64,000 nucleotides of DNA, taken from positions 256,001 through 320,000 of the forward strand of contig JBFPLN010000001.1 in NCBI GenBank assembly GCA_051971635.1, given 5' to 3'. Positions 11,381 to 22,605 of this stretch are shown piece after piece (the stretch's first letter is position 1; the number at the start of each line of letters is the position of its first letter). Below the pieces are notes generated by a model. It did not search any database and was not told the origin of the DNA. It saw only the letters and a program-made list of their open reading frames with translations. The position numbers were made by a program, and so were the translations under genes. This DNA comes from Candidatus Atelocyanobacterium thalassae. Lineage in GTDB: Bacteria > Cyanobacteriota > Cyanobacteriia > Cyanobacteriales > Microcystaceae.

Positions 11381-12739
11381 ATGACTACTCAAACCCTCCC
11401 AATCGTTTCCTTGCAAGATCCCAAGGATGTTTCTATAAATGTCATTGAGGCGGAACTAAGCAATATTTGGCAAAGTTATAATAATAGCGATGATGGAATC
11501 ATAGCTACCCGTGCTAATACATTTACCTTTATTATTTATGAGCCTGGACCTACTCAGTATCTATTAGCTGTTCTTGGTTTCTATACAGGTACTATTGATG
11601 GTATAGTTGGTCCTCGTACTATCGCTGCAATTAAATCTGCAGAAGAAACATACAATCTAAAAGTAACAGGCAAATCTAGTGAAGAGTTTATTCTTAAATT
11701 GCAATCAGAATTTAAACAAGCTAAAACTAAGGGACAGCTTAGTGATTTGCAAAAGATTACTGCTCAGTCCTATTCTCCTGACTTAGAAGAAACAGGTTTA
11801 GCCAATTTTAATCCATGTAGAGTAATAACAATTCGTCCTACTGTTGATGGTAATGATGAAGTTAAGGCACAAGTGTCTGCTTCCTGTCCTATTAATAAGC
11901 AAGGTAACCATACTCTAGCTTGCTGCGAATACATTACATTACAAGGAAGTGCTGATGCTTTAGAAAAGATTAGTGATGTTATCTCAAGCTTAAGTATTGA
12001 TGGATTACCTACATGTACTTGGTGGAAAGCTATTCCTGAACCAGAATATGAACTTTTTAAAAAGTTAGCTTCCCAAAGCAATACTTTAGTAGTAGATTCT
12101 AGCACCTTTAGTAATTCAATAACCCAATTAGCAAAATTAGGCAAAATGTTAGAACAAAATTTGCCTCTAGCTGATTTAAACTGGGTAAGGCTTAGTCCAT
12201 GGCAAGAGCTAACAGCTGCCGCTTTTGACCCTCCAGAACGTCGTAATGCTGTTTTAGAAATTGACCGTATTGCTATTGATTATGAGAAAGGAAATTCAGC
12301 TCAAGCATTAATGTACTTAGGTTGGGTTGCTAGTCGTTTACAATGGCAGCCTATCGCTTATGAATATGAAGAAGGTGATTACAACATTTGTAGAGTTAAG
12401 CTTCTTAATAGTGAACAAAGAAGCATAGAAGCTGAATTATCTGGAATTCCTCTAGCAGATTGGGGTGATGTGTTAGGAGATCTAATTAGCTTGAAATTAA
12501 GCTCTACAAATTCACAAGCAGACTGTTGTACAGTATTATGTTCTGGTACCACTGGATGTATGCGAATGGAGGCATCTGGTGGTGCTCAAGCTTGTCGCAT
12601 AGAGCAAGTAACATCTCTAGCAGATCAAAAGACCGATAATTTGATTCAAAGACAACTTCAAAGATGGGGTACAGATGCCTTGTATAAAGAAAGCATGGAA
12701 GTTGTTTCTTCTATGCTTAAGTTAGCTCTCAATCAATAA
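11381..12739 (+). CDS. opcA: G6PDH assembly/redox activator OpcA
   Basis: Directly downstream of zwf; NPCRVI, CCEYITL, DLNWxRLxPW and CCTVLCS motifs; peptidoglycan-binding-like insert (GFYTGTIDGIVGPRT). Confidence 0.95.
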   Translation: MTTQTLPIVSLQDPKDVSINVIEAELSNIWQSYNNSDDGIIATRANTFTFIIYEPGPTQYLLAVLGFYTGTIDGIVGPRTIAAIKSAEETYNLKVTGKSSEEFILKLQSEFKQAKTKGQLSDLQKITAQSYSPDLEETGLANFNPCRVITIRPTVDGNDEVKAQVSASCPINKQGNHTLACCEYITLQGSADALEKISDVISSLSIDGLPTCTWWKAIPEPEYELFKKLASQSNTLVVDSSTFSNSITQLAKLGKMLEQNLPLADLNWVRLSPWQELTAAAFDPPERRNAVLEIDRIAIDYEKGNSAQALMYLGWVASRLQWQPIAYEYEEGDYNICRVKLLNSEQRSIEAELSGIPLADWGDVLGDLISLKLSSTNSQADCCTVLCSGTTGCMRMEASGGAQACRIEQVTSLADQKTDNLIQRQLQRWGTDALYKESMEVVSSMLKLALNQ

Positions 12740-12763
12740 TTAAAAATTAAGTGTTGTATTTAC

Positions 12764-12801
12764 AAGTGGGATTAGAAAACTTATATATTCTAATCCCACT
12801 T
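12764..12801 (+). terminator. Intrinsic terminator of zwf-opcA
   Basis: 14-bp stem AAGTGGGATTAGAA/TTCTAATCCCACTT ending in a T run, 25 nt after the stop. Confidence 0.75.
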
Positions 12802-13057
12802 TTCATCAATTTTAGAAATAATTTAAGTTACTAAATTCTATTATGGGAATATATTTTTATTAATAAGAATAGATCAATGCATAAGAATAACTGAAGCTTA
12901 AACATCTTCGTATACTAGCTTTTAGCCTAAGGGATTAAATGTTGTATACGTCACTAGATATTCAATCTTTAAAGTAAGATATAGTGTGATGTCTTTTTAA
13001 ACATAAGAATCATGAAAATGGTTCTACTTTATAAATGATAAGTGTATACTCAAATTT

Positions 13058-14197
13058 ATGTCTAAAATAGTTCAATTTTTTTATCCTTTTTTCTTTCACT
13101 TAGTTAAAAGTTATCCAGAAAAAGCTCATCAAGTTTTTATAAAATCCTTAAATTTTCTGAAACAAAAACGTCATACGTTTTTGGGAAGCTATCTGTTATT
13201 AAATATAAAAAATTCTTTTTGTTATCATGATATTCGCCTCAAACAAACTTTGTGGGGACTTGATTTTAATATTCCTGTAGGATTAGCTGCTGGATTTGAC
13301 AAAGACGGATTAGCAGCAAGTATATGGGATTGTTTTGGCTTTGGTTTTGTTGAAATTGGAGCTGCTACTCTTCACTCTCAAACTGGTAATCCGAAGCCAA
13401 GATTATTCCGCTTACCATTAGATACAGCAATCTTAAATAGACTAGGTGCGAACAACGAAGGTGCTTTATCTATTGCTAAAAGATTAAAAGTGGATAGTCA
13501 AATACAACCTTTTAGAATTCCAGTTGGTATGAATTTATGTAAATCGAAAATTACTCCCCTAAATTTAGCTGTTGATGATTATTTAGAAAGCTTTCATCAC
13601 CTTGAATCCTGCGTAGATTATTTTACCATCAATGTAAGTTCTCCTAATACGCCTGGTCTTAGACTATTACAAGAAGAAAAACATTTAGAAACTATTTTAT
13701 ACAAGTTACAGCTTCAAAATCAAAAAAATAAACCCTTATTCATTAAAATTTCTCCTGATTTAAGTTGGGAATCTATTAGGACTATTATCTCGTTATCTAA
13801 AACTTATAAACTATCAGGTATTGTTGCCACTAATACCACCACAAAACGTGAAGACTTAAAAACTGTTATTCTGAATTCAACGGGTAATTATCTTGAAACA
13901 GAGCCTGGGGGTATTAGTGGAAAACCAATTCGTAAAAGATCAACAGAAATAATTAAATTTATCTACGAGGAAACAAAAGGTACATTACCTATTATTGGAG
14001 TAGGAGGAATCTTCACTGCAAAAGATGCTTGGAGTAAAATTGCTGCAGGAGCTACATTATTACAGCTATACACAGGTTGGGTATATCAAGGACCTTGGTG
14101 CATACCAAAAATAGCAAGAGGGCTAACTCTTCAACTAGAAAAGCATAAGTTATCTCATATTTCCCAAGTCATCGGTAGTCAAATTCCATTTTCTTGA
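13058..14197 (+). CDS. pyrD: Quinone-dependent dihydroorotate dehydrogenase
   Basis: GLAAGFDK, GNPKPRLFRL, NVSSPNTPGLR, KISPDL and GGISG motifs. Confidence 0.97.
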   Translation: MSKIVQFFYPFFFHLVKSYPEKAHQVFIKSLNFLKQKRHTFLGSYLLLNIKNSFCYHDIRLKQTLWGLDFNIPVGLAAGFDKDGLAASIWDCFGFGFVEIGAATLHSQTGNPKPRLFRLPLDTAILNRLGANNEGALSIAKRLKVDSQIQPFRIPVGMNLCKSKITPLNLAVDDYLESFHHLESCVDYFTINVSSPNTPGLRLLQEEKHLETILYKLQLQNQKNKPLFIKISPDLSWESIRTIISLSKTYKLSGIVATNTTTKREDLKTVILNSTGNYLETEPGGISGKPIRKRSTEIIKFIYEETKGTLPIIGVGGIFTAKDAWSKIAAGATLLQLYTGWVYQGPWCIPKIARGLTLQLEKHKLSHISQVIGSQIPFS

Positions 14198-14214
14198 AGA
14201 AAAAACTAATACTT

Positions 14215-14436
14215 TTAGACTTGCTTATTACTTTTTGCATAAGCTTTAGCCGATGCTTTGATCCAAGTAGTAGCAGCAATTCCAAGAGGAACTATCATGA
14301 CTCCAAGGCCTGTTATTAAAGAATTCTGACGAGCAAAAGTACTGTTCATTAACAATATAATAATACAACCACAGTACAATAATCCAAGTAAAGGTAACCC
14401 TATTACAAGAATGGAAAATTTAGTATCTTTATCCAT
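14215..14436 (-). CDS. Small two-TM hypothetical membrane protein
   Basis: 73 aa, two hydrophobic helices, MDKDTKF start and WIKASAKAY end. Confidence 0.75.
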   Translation of the reverse strand: MDKDTKFSILVIGLPLLGLLYCGCIIILLMNSTFARQNSLITGLGVMIVPLGIAATTWIKASAKAYAKSNKQV

Positions 14437-15218
14437 AAAAGCCCTTATAACTAATTAAAATATTGATTTATTCAGAAATAATTATATATAAACACGTTAT
14501 TTTTTAATCTATATAAATTAAAAAATAATCTGCCTATATTGATAATAATTAAAGATAAAGCTATGTCAGTAATATTATATCCTGGAACTAAGATAAATTA
14601 TAAATTCAATGAATGAAAATCTGTTAATATTAAAATACCTAAAAATATCTTCTCTAATACAAATACACAACTACTGAAAGTTCTATTAAACTAGTTCGCA
14701 TTATTTCATTTTTAACGTAACGATGTTGTTAAATAATTACTCATAGAATATAAGTAAATTATCATTAATATCTTAGCTTTATCGCTGTAGTCATTATCAT
14801 AATACTCTTTTAGAGTCTTATGATAATTGAATATAAAATTTCTTTCATTTCATATCTTATTTATACTACTTCTCTTAGAATAATTGCTTCAATAAAACAA
14901 TATTATATTGTTTTATTTTTTAATTAGATTACTAATTTATTAAATTTAATTGTTTTTATTTTAAAAAAAATATAAAAAGATGTTTATTCCCTTACTCCAA
15001 GAAAAATATTTTTGAAATAGATTTAATTAACTTTAGTTAATGATCAAAATTATCAAAAAATATTTAGTAACTATATTATTTCTTAAATAACTAATCATCT
15101 ATAATAAAGGTTGAAGGTTTTTCGATATATAAATGAACAAACATAAAGTTTATCTATACATTAATAAACCTTATTTAAAATAACAATAATTCTTAACCAA
15201 CTTTGCTCTATTTATTTT

Positions 15219-16778
15219 ATGATTACTAACTTGTTTAAATTATTTTGTTTAATTGGTTATTCTCTCAGCATTATTTATATTTTCTCCTTTTTATATGGAA
15301 GCGGAGACAATTTTGCCTTTGCAAAAGATACTAATTCTAATTCATCTTCCTCTACCTTTCCTTATCTTGAAAATGCTGCTAAACAAATAAATGAATTCAC
15401 TCTTGACAATGGCATGAAATTCATCGTTATGGAAAATCATAATGCGCCTGTAATATCTTTTGTAACTTATGCCGATGTTGGAGGAGTTGATGAACCTAAT
15501 AATAAAACTGGAGTTGCTCATTTCTTAGAACATCTAGCTTTTAAAGGAACTACAGAAATTGGAACAACAAATTATACTGAAGAAAAAGAAATATTAGATA
15601 ATTTAGACAATGTTTTTACTCTTATAGAAGAAGCAAAAGATAAGAACGATAATGCTCAAATTCATTCATTAACTGAAAAATTCTATGCTTTACAGGCGGA
15701 AGCTCATAATTATGTTAAACAAAATGAGTTCGGACGCATTGTTGAAACAGCAGGAGGTGTTAATATTAATGCTGCGACCTCTCCAGATTCTACTATTTAT
15801 TTTTATAGTTTTCCTTCAAATAAATTAGAATTATGGATGTCTTTAGAATCACAGAGATTTTTAAATCCAGTATTTCGAGAATTCTATAAAGAAAAAAACA
15901 TTATCTTAGAAGAACGTCGTCTTAGAACAGAAAATAATCCCATTGGTAAAATGGTAGAGGCTTTCCTGGACACTGCTTTCATTAAACATCCTTATAAGCG
16001 TCCAGTAATTGGTTACAATAAAGATATTAATGGTTTAACTCGCAAAGATGTTCAAGATTTCTTCGACACTTACTATGGACCAAATAATTTAACAATTTCT
16101 ATTGTAGGAGATGTTAAATTTGAGCAAATAAAAAAACTAGCTCAAACATATTTTGGTCGTTATCCTTCTAAGGCAGAACCACCTAAAGTATCTATATTAG
16201 AACCAAAACAAACAGAAACTCGTGAGATTACATTAAGTCTAGATTCTCAACCTTGGTATTTAGAGGGATATCACGTACCTTCTTTGAACCATCCTGATAA
16301 TGCTGTTTATCAAATAATTTCTAACATATTAAGTTCTGGGCGTACATCTCGTCTTTACAAATCTCTAGTTGAGGATAAGCAGGTAGCCCTAGTTGCTCAA
16401 GGATTAAGTGGTTATCCATCGGACAAATATCCTAATTTAATGCTTTTTTATGCACAAACTTCTCCTCAAGCATCAGTGGAGGAAGTCGCGAAAGCTTTAT
16501 CACTAGAAATTGAAAAATTAAAAATACAATCTGTCTCTGAACAAGAATTAGAAAGAGCTAAAAATAAATTGAGAGCTAGTCTATTACGTTCCCTTGATTC
16601 TAATTTAGGGATGGCTCGTGCTCTAGTAGAATATGAGGTAAAAACTGGTAAATGGCATAATTTATTCAGTCAGGTTAAAGCGTTAGAAGCTGTAACTGCT
16701 GAAGACATACAAAGAGTTGCAAAAATTACTTTTAAGTCAAAAAACATGACTATCGGACGTATACTGCCTAAAGAATAA
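15219..16778 (+). CDS. M16 family zinc metallopeptidase with N-terminal signal/TM segment
   Basis: Inverted zinc motif HFLEH in TGVAHFLEHLAFKGT; LDNGMKF; EERRLR; HPYKRPVIG. Confidence 0.93.
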   Translation: MITNLFKLFCLIGYSLSIIYIFSFLYGSGDNFAFAKDTNSNSSSSTFPYLENAAKQINEFTLDNGMKFIVMENHNAPVISFVTYADVGGVDEPNNKTGVAHFLEHLAFKGTTEIGTTNYTEEKEILDNLDNVFTLIEEAKDKNDNAQIHSLTEKFYALQAEAHNYVKQNEFGRIVETAGGVNINAATSPDSTIYFYSFPSNKLELWMSLESQRFLNPVFREFYKEKNIILEERRLRTENNPIGKMVEAFLDTAFIKHPYKRPVIGYNKDINGLTRKDVQDFFDTYYGPNNLTISIVGDVKFEQIKKLAQTYFGRYPSKAEPPKVSILEPKQTETREITLSLDSQPWYLEGYHVPSLNHPDNAVYQIISNILSSGRTSRLYKSLVEDKQVALVAQGLSGYPSDKYPNLMLFYAQTSPQASVEEVAKALSLEIEKLKIQSVSEQELERAKNKLRASLLRSLDSNLGMARALVEYEVKTGKWHNLFSQVKALEAVTAEDIQRVAKITFKSKNMTIGRILPKE

Positions 16779-16853
16779 TAAGTTAACTCCATACTTTTTA
16801 ATTAATTGTTAGAAACAATATAGTTAGTAAATTTTAATCAATCAAACTAGTTC

Positions 16854-16894
16854 ACACTGTATGTATTTTTAGATATAAAAATACATTTCAGTGT
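16854..16894 (+). terminator. Probable terminator hairpin after the M16 gene
   Basis: ACACTG..ATGTATTTTTA/TAAAAATACAT..CAGTGT interrupted stem. Confidence 0.4.
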
Positions 16895-17280
16895 ATTATT
16901 TACTACAATATTTATAAGTTTTTTCATAGTTAAAAATTTGTAAGATTTACCTTGTTAAATTTATGCAAAAATTTTATATGATGATAAGCTTAGCAAAATA
17001 TTTACTGAATAAAAAACTTGCTAATTTGATCAATTATAGAAAATGTTTAATAGTTAGTGAAAATTAGTTAAGCCATAGTATAGTATCTCTTATACTAAAA
17101 GTTTTAAATATTGAAAGTGCAAATGTATCTCTAAATTTTAAAGCTTATTAAAACAATTTTTACAAAACTTAATGGTATTTAAGCTCAGTTAAACTTAGAT
17201 TAATTTAATAATTATTTCGTAGATATTCTTTTCATTAGCAGCTAAACTTCTTATAAAATAGTCTAATAAAATTAAAATTT

Positions 17281-18309
17281 ATGACGTCTCAAGCAAAAGT
17301 AAACTCTTCTTCCTATAAAATCTCTATGCCTCCTAAAGATGCAAAAACTAGAGTAAGTCAGTTTATGAAAAACCTGCAGGATGAGATTTGTTGCTCATTA
17401 GAAAAAGCAGATCACCGAGGTCAATTTCAAGAAGATAGTTGGCAGAGGGAGGAAGGTGGTGGTGGACGCTCTCGAGTACTTAAGAATGGTAGCTTACTAG
17501 AACAAGGAGGAGTCAATTTTTCTGAAGTTTGGGGCGACGAATTACCATTATCGATAATAAAGCAACGACCTGAGGCTCAAGGACATAAATTTTATGCCAC
17601 AGGAACTTCTATGGTATTACATCCTCATAGTCCTTATATTCCAACAGTTCATCTTAATTACCGCTACTTTGAAGCAGGTCCTGTTTGGTGGTTTGGAGGG
17701 GGTATAGATTTAACTCCTTATTATCCATTTGCTGAAGATGCAGCTTTTTTTCATAAGACTTTAAAAAAAACTTGTGATAAACATCATGAAGGATATTATC
17801 CAACTTTTAAATCTTGGTGTGATGAATATTTTTATCTTAAGCATCGTCAAGAAACACGTGGTATTGGAGGAATCTTTTTTGATTATCAAGATGGTAGCTA
17901 TCCTCTATATCGTGGTTCTAATAATGATAAGACAGCCAATAAATATGCGGATCAAATTTCTGAATTAGAACCACGTACATGGGAAGAATTATTTGCTTTT
18001 GTTAGTGATTGTGGAAAAACTTTTTTGCCAGCATATCTACCTATTGTTGAAAGACGTCGTAACTTAGAATATGGAGAAAAAGAACGTCAATTCCAGTTAT
18101 ATAGACGAGGACGTTATGTTGAATTTAATTTAGTATACGATCGTGGTACGATTTTTGGGCTACAAACTAACGGACGTACTGAATCTATTTTAATGTCTTT
18201 GCCACCATTAGTCCGTTGGGAGTATTCTTACGAACCAAAAGTTAATACTCCTGAGTTTGAGTTATACAAAACCTTTTTGAAGCCTCAAGACTGGGTTAAT
18301 TGGTTATGA
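17281..18309 (+). CDS. hemF: Oxygen-dependent coproporphyrinogen III oxidase
   Basis: [29 protein letters not shown] and [16 protein letters not shown] motifs. Confidence 0.98.
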   Translation: MTSQAKVNSSSYKISMPPKDAKTRVSQFMKNLQDEICCSLEKADHRGQFQEDSWQREEGGGGRSRVLKNGSLLEQGGVNFSEVWGDELPLSIIKQRPEAQGHKFYATGTSMVLHPHSPYIPTVHLNYRYFEAGPVWWFGGGIDLTPYYPFAEDAAFFHKTLKKTCDKHHEGYYPTFKSWCDEYFYLKHRQETRGIGGIFFDYQDGSYPLYRGSNNDKTANKYADQISELEPRTWEELFAFVSDCGKTFLPAYLPIVERRRNLEYGEKERQFQLYRRGRYVEFNLVYDRGTIFGLQTNGRTESILMSLPPLVRWEYSYEPKVNTPEFELYKTFLKPQDWVNWL

Positions 18310-18489
18310 TAATTTTATAATTACCATGCTCTTTTTTTGTGTATTTTTGCTAGAGATTTTAAGATAAAAGATAATTTAAAAAAAAGAAGATATAAATAGT
18401 ATTTAACTATAGGTATCTTCTTTGAAAAAGTTTCAAGTATTCTAAATATTAAATAATCTTCTAAATAAGATATAGTAGTTTATTCAAAA

Positions 18490-20583
18490 CTAAGTAGTTT
18501 TTGATAAACCACTATATCTTAGTAAAGGTTCTGTTTTAGGTTCTCTTCCTCGAAAAGATTTAAAAATTTCCATAGGGCATTTACTTCCACCTAAGGCTAA
18601 GATATTATTTCTAAAACTTTTACCTACTTCTGAAAGCTTATCATTATTTTGTAAGCCAACTTCTTCAAACGCAGAAAAGGAATCTGCACTTAATATTTCT
18701 GACCATTTATAGCTGTAGTATCCAGCTGCATAACCACCAGCAAAAATATGACTAAATGCGCATAGAAAAGCATCTTCAGGTAAGATTTTAACTACTGTTG
18801 TTGTTTTTGCAACTTTATCTCTAACTTGATTCAAAGTTTGATCACTGTTTGGTTGATATCTATGGTGCAATTCTAAATCTAGAAAACTAAAATGAAGTTG
18901 TCTTAGCATAGATAATCCAGCTATAAAATTACGTGAATATCTCAATTTATCATAGTAGTATTCAGGTATTTTTTCTCCTGTTTTATAGTGTCTAGCTATA
19001 CTGAAAAAAGTATTCCTTTCATAGCACCAATATTCCATGAATTGACTAGGTAACTCTACAGCATCCCACTCTATATTATTAATACCTGATGCTCCAGGGT
19101 AGTTGATTGTTGTTAACATATGTTGTAAACCATGACCAAACTCGTGAAATAAAGTAGTTACCTCATCAAAAGTCATTAAGCTAGGTTCTTCTCCAAGCGG
19201 AGGGGTTTGATTGCAAATTAAGTATGCAACTGGTAACCGAGTAATAGTTTTTCCACCTTGATATGTTTGAGATCTTCCGATACAGTCACTCATCCAAGCA
19301 CCTCCACGCTTTTCTGCAGGGCGACTATAGGGATCTAGATAGAAGTATGCAATTACCTTTTCTGCCTCATCTTCTACCTGAAAAAATTGTACATCTTTAT
19401 GCCATGTTGATACTTGTTTATCTGCAAGAGTTATTTTAACTCCAAAAATACGTTCTACTAGGTGAAATAACCCTTTTAGAACTTGCTCTAAAGGAAAGTA
19501 AGCTCGTAATTCCTCGTTAGTAAAATCGAATAAGAATTCACGTTGTTTTTCTGTCCAATAACTTATATCCCAAGGTTCTAAATCAGAATTACAATTATTA
19601 AATGCAAATATCTTTAAATCTTTTAATTCTTCTTGTGCTGCTTCATAACTTACAAGTCTTAGCTCTTCTAAGACTTTCTCTACATCCTCAACACTAGAAG
19701 CCATTTTTTTACTTAAACTTATTTCGGCATATGATTGATAATCTAGAATTTTTGCCTGTTCCTTTCTTAAGGTTAGGATGCGCTCTATCAAAGGTTTATT
19801 ATCTAGCTTGCCAATTGATGCTCGAGATATAAAGGCTTTATAGACTTTTTCCCTTAAATTGTTTTGACTACTATATTTCATGAAAGGAGCGTACACAGGA
19901 TAGTCTAAAGTTATAATCCATGGACCCATTTCTGGAGTAGCATTACTATATCCTTCTAAAACAGCGTTATTTGAAGCAATTTTTAAAATACTGAGAGGTA
20001 GACCATCAGTTTCTGTTTTGTGTGTTAGCTTTAACTTAAAGTCTTTAGTTGAGTCTAAGACGTTATTAGAGAAATGTGTAGATAGCTCAGCAAGCTCTAA
20101 GTTAATCTCATTAAATTTATGACGTTTTTCTACTGTTAGATTAACACCGGAAAGCTCAGCTTCCTGAATAGAGCTTTCGACAATGCGTTTTTGACAATTA
20201 TCTAAAGCATTCCACAAGACAGAATCTTTTTGCAAATCTTTAAATGCTTGATAAACAGGCTTGCTCTGTCTTAACCTATTCACAAAGTTAATAATATCAG
20301 GCTGAACAGTTTGATAAATATCTCGAAGCTTTGAACTATTTTTAACTCCCATTAAATGATTAATAATGCCCCACGTCCATTTAATTTTTTCTTCAATAAT
20401 AGTTAAAGGTTCTACAAGACCTTCCCAAGTCGCAGTAACATTTTCTTCCAAGTAAGTTAATTTATTATCTGCTTGCTTAAGAAGCTCGACTATTGAAGGA
20501 ACAATATCATCCAACGTAATTTTTTCAAAAGCAGGTAAACCTTCTCCAACTAATAAATAATTATCAGTATATTGTTTTTTCAT
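18490..20583 (-). CDS. prlC: Oligopeptidase A (M3 family)
   Basis: TLFHEFGHGLQH, WDAVELPSQFME and GYAAGYYSYKW motifs. Confidence 0.95.
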   Translation of the reverse strand: MKKQYTDNYLLVGEGLPAFEKITLDDIVPSIVELLKQADNKLTYLEENVTATWEGLVEPLTIIEEKIKWTWGIINHLMGVKNSSKLRDIYQTVQPDIINFVNRLRQSKPVYQAFKDLQKDSVLWNALDNCQKRIVESSIQEAELSGVNLTVEKRHKFNEINLELAELSTHFSNNVLDSTKDFKLKLTHKTETDGLPLSILKIASNNAVLEGYSNATPEMGPWIITLDYPVYAPFMKYSSQNNLREKVYKAFISRASIGKLDNKPLIERILTLRKEQAKILDYQSYAEISLSKKMASSVEDVEKVLEELRLVSYEAAQEELKDLKIFAFNNCNSDLEPWDISYWTEKQREFLFDFTNEELRAYFPLEQVLKGLFHLVERIFGVKITLADKQVSTWHKDVQFFQVEDEAEKVIAYFYLDPYSRPAEKRGGAWMSDCIGRSQTYQGGKTITRLPVAYLICNQTPPLGEEPSLMTFDEVTTLFHEFGHGLQHMLTTINYPGASGINNIEWDAVELPSQFMEYWCYERNTFFSIARHYKTGEKIPEYYYDKLRYSRNFIAGLSMLRQLHFSFLDLELHHRYQPNSDQTLNQVRDKVAKTTTVVKILPEDAFLCAFSHIFAGGYAAGYYSYKWSEILSADSFSAFEEVGLQNNDKLSEVGKSFRNNILALGGSKCPMEIFKSFRGREPKTEPLLRYSGLSKTT

Positions 20584-20903
20584 GAGTAAAAAGTAGTTAT
20601 GTTCTATGTATATGCAACGATCAGTTTATAGCTTAAAATAATTTTGCTTATTAGCAAAATTTAACGCAATCTATTATTTATGTAAAATATAAAGTTAATA
20701 TAAGACACAAGTATAAAATTATTAACATTCAAATAATTCTCATTATTTGAAATATTTAAAAAAGAACCAGCATCATATTCTGATAAGTAGATAAACTTTT
20801 AAAATACACAAAAGCTATCAATTTGATTTATATGATTTTAATTAAGAAAATGTATCATGTATTGTAATATATAAATATGATTTAGTTTTGGAAGTAAATA
20901 TTT

Positions 20904-20993
20904 ATGGATATTTTAGCTCTTGGTTGGGTTAGTGTATTAGCCTTGTTTAGCTGGTCTCTTGCCATGGTTGTTTGGGGACGTAACGGTTTTTAG
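20904..20993 (+). CDS. petN: Cytochrome b6f complex subunit PetN (absent from the ORF track)
   Basis: Hand translation [29 protein letters not shown], 29 aa, with the diagnostic VVWGRNG end. Confidence 0.97.
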   Translation: MDILALGWVSVLALFSWSLAMVVWGRNGF

Positions 20994-21004
20994 GACTCTA
21001 TACT

Positions 21005-21139
21005 ATGCAAGTTCTCAACTTTCTTTTTTATACTGCTTTTGCTTTACTAGTCTTAGTGAGTATAGGTATTATTTATTTAACTGCTATGGATCGATATAGT
21101 CGTTATTTTCAAGAACAAACTAAAGAGAATAAGTTATAA
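21005..21139 (+). CDS. 44-aa single-TM protein downstream of petN (absent from the ORF track)
   Basis: MQVLNFLFYTAFALLVLVSIGIIYLTAMDRYSRYFQEQTKENKL; AGGA upstream; starts 11 nt after the petN stop; followed by a hairpin. Confidence 0.7.
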   Translation: MQVLNFLFYTAFALLVLVSIGIIYLTAMDRYSRYFQEQTKENKL

Positions 21140-21177
21140 GATTTAAGGGAAAATTTTTTTCCCTTAAATCTTATAAC
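21133..21177 (+). terminator. Perfect 21-bp-arm hairpin closing the petN unit
   Basis: GTTATAAGATTTAAGGGAAAA-TTT-TTTTCCCTTAAATCTTATAAC, overlapping the small ORF stop codon. Confidence 0.7.
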
Positions 21178-21236
21178 ATAATGTAGCCAACATAAACAGA
21201 TTAAATCATATAATTTATTCATATTGTGTTCAACTT

Positions 21237-21280
21237 TAAAAATCAATAAGGCGAAATAAAATTCACCTTATTGATTTTTA
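21237..21280 (-). terminator. Terminator of pdxJ-ycf54
   Basis: TAAAAATCAATAAGG...CCTTATTGATTTTTA stem 7 nt past the stop; inner mismatch is U-G on the minus strand. Confidence 0.7.
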
Positions 21281-21287
21281 GTTTTAT

Positions 21288-21623
21288 TTAGGTTCCAGAA
21301 GCAGAATTTACAGAAGCTAGTGGGTCTGGAATCGTAGAAGAAGGAGCTTGAAAATCTCCTTGAGCTACATATTCTAGTCGTAGTTTTAGCCAAGTGATAA
21401 AACCATGATCTGTTGAAATAATAGCAACACTTGGTTGAGGACACTGCGCTTTAATATTAGTGAACTCTGGAGCTTCAATAAAAGCAGGTTCTTTGACTAG
21501 CCAAAAATCAATTGCTTTATCTTTAGCTTGATGGTCTCTAACTCTTTCTCTCAATACTTCGTCTAAAGGTTCTTCTTCTAGAAGAAATTTTTGACTAGCT
21601 AAAACGTAATAATAGGTGTTCAT
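21288..21623 (-). CDS. ycf54: Ycf54, MgPME-cyclase auxiliary protein
   Basis: YYYVLASQKFLLEEEPLDEVLRER, DFWLV and FITWLKLRLEYV motifs. Confidence 0.93.
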   Translation of the reverse strand: MNTYYYVLASQKFLLEEEPLDEVLRERVRDHQAKDKAIDFWLVKEPAFIEAPEFTNIKAQCPQPSVAIISTDHGFITWLKLRLEYVAQGDFQAPSSTIPDPLASVNSASGT

Positions 21624-21702
21624 TGCTTATTAATTAATCCTGATTGCCCAACTATTATTATTCAACTTAAGAATACTTTATTGGTCAAGATTAATTAATA
21701 AT

Positions 21703-22452
21703 TTATAATTCTCCTTTTATTGCTAGTTTCATTTCTTTAACAGCTTTTTCCATTCCTACTAATACAGCGCGACTTATGATTGTATGACCAATATTTAGCT
21801 CTCTAATTCCAGGAAGACAAGCAATAGGATGAACATTACTATAATTTAGTCCATGGCCAGCATTAATTTTTATACCCAGGTCGGTAGCTTTACAACATGC
21901 TAATTGCAACATTCCTAACTCGTCTTGACGTTGTCTATTATGAATAGAATTTGCATATTTTCCTGTATGTAATTCAATAAATTTTGCTTTAGTATTTTCA
22001 GAAGCCTGAATTTGACTCTCATCACTATCAATAAAAAGACTAGTAGGAATTCCATTATCTTGTATTTTGCCTACTATTTTTTTCAAGAATTCTAAGTTTT
22101 TTCGAACATCTAAGCCACCTTCTGTAGTTATTTCTTCACGTTTTTCTGGAACTAGAGTAATGTAATCAGGCTTGATATCAAGAGCAATTTTAACCATCTC
22201 TTCTGTGGCAGCAATTTCTAAATTCAAACGTGTTTGGATAATTTCTTTTATTAAGTATACGTCTCGGTCCTGAATATGTCGTCTATCCTCCCTTAGATGA
22301 AGAGTTATCCCATTTGCCCCACCCAGTTCTGCTAAAGTTGCTGCTGCAAATAGATTTGGCTCACTTGATTGTCTTGCTTGGCGAACAGTAGCAACATGGT
22401 CTATATTTACTCCGAGAGTTGGAAATTTAAGATTTGCTTTTTTATCAAACAT
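21703..22452 (-). CDS. pdxJ: Pyridoxine 5'-phosphate synthase
   Basis: [32 protein letters not shown] and ELNIGH motifs. Confidence 0.98.
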   Translation of the reverse strand: MFDKKANLKFPTLGVNIDHVATVRQARQSSEPNLFAAATLAELGGANGITLHLREDRRHIQDRDVYLIKEIIQTRLNLEIAATEEMVKIALDIKPDYITLVPEKREEITTEGGLDVRKNLEFLKKIVGKIQDNGIPTSLFIDSDESQIQASENTKAKFIELHTGKYANSIHNRQRQDELGMLQLACCKATDLGIKINAGHGLNYSNVHPIACLPGIRELNIGHTIISRAVLVGMEKAVKEMKLAIKGEL

Positions 22453-22480
22453 CTTATAATTAAGTAGAGAATTTGAACTT

Positions 22481-22522
22481 AAATAATAGTTAATATTATT
22501 TTTATAATATTAACTATTATTT
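22481..22522. repeat. Perfect inverted repeat, 19-bp arms
   Basis: AAATAATAGTTAATATTAT-TTTT-ATAATATTAACTATTATTT in a divergent intergenic region. Confidence 0.8.
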
Positions 22523-22605
22523 CTTAAAAAGAATCAGATATTAAATTTAAAATATAACTAAAATACTTTAGTATGTAATTTATATAGTCTTATTCAGTTG
22601 ATTAA

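Noticed and set aside
8927..17968. Track ORFs 8927-9115, 11770-12144 and 17774-17968
   Set aside because: Shadow frames inside rplI, opcA and hemF
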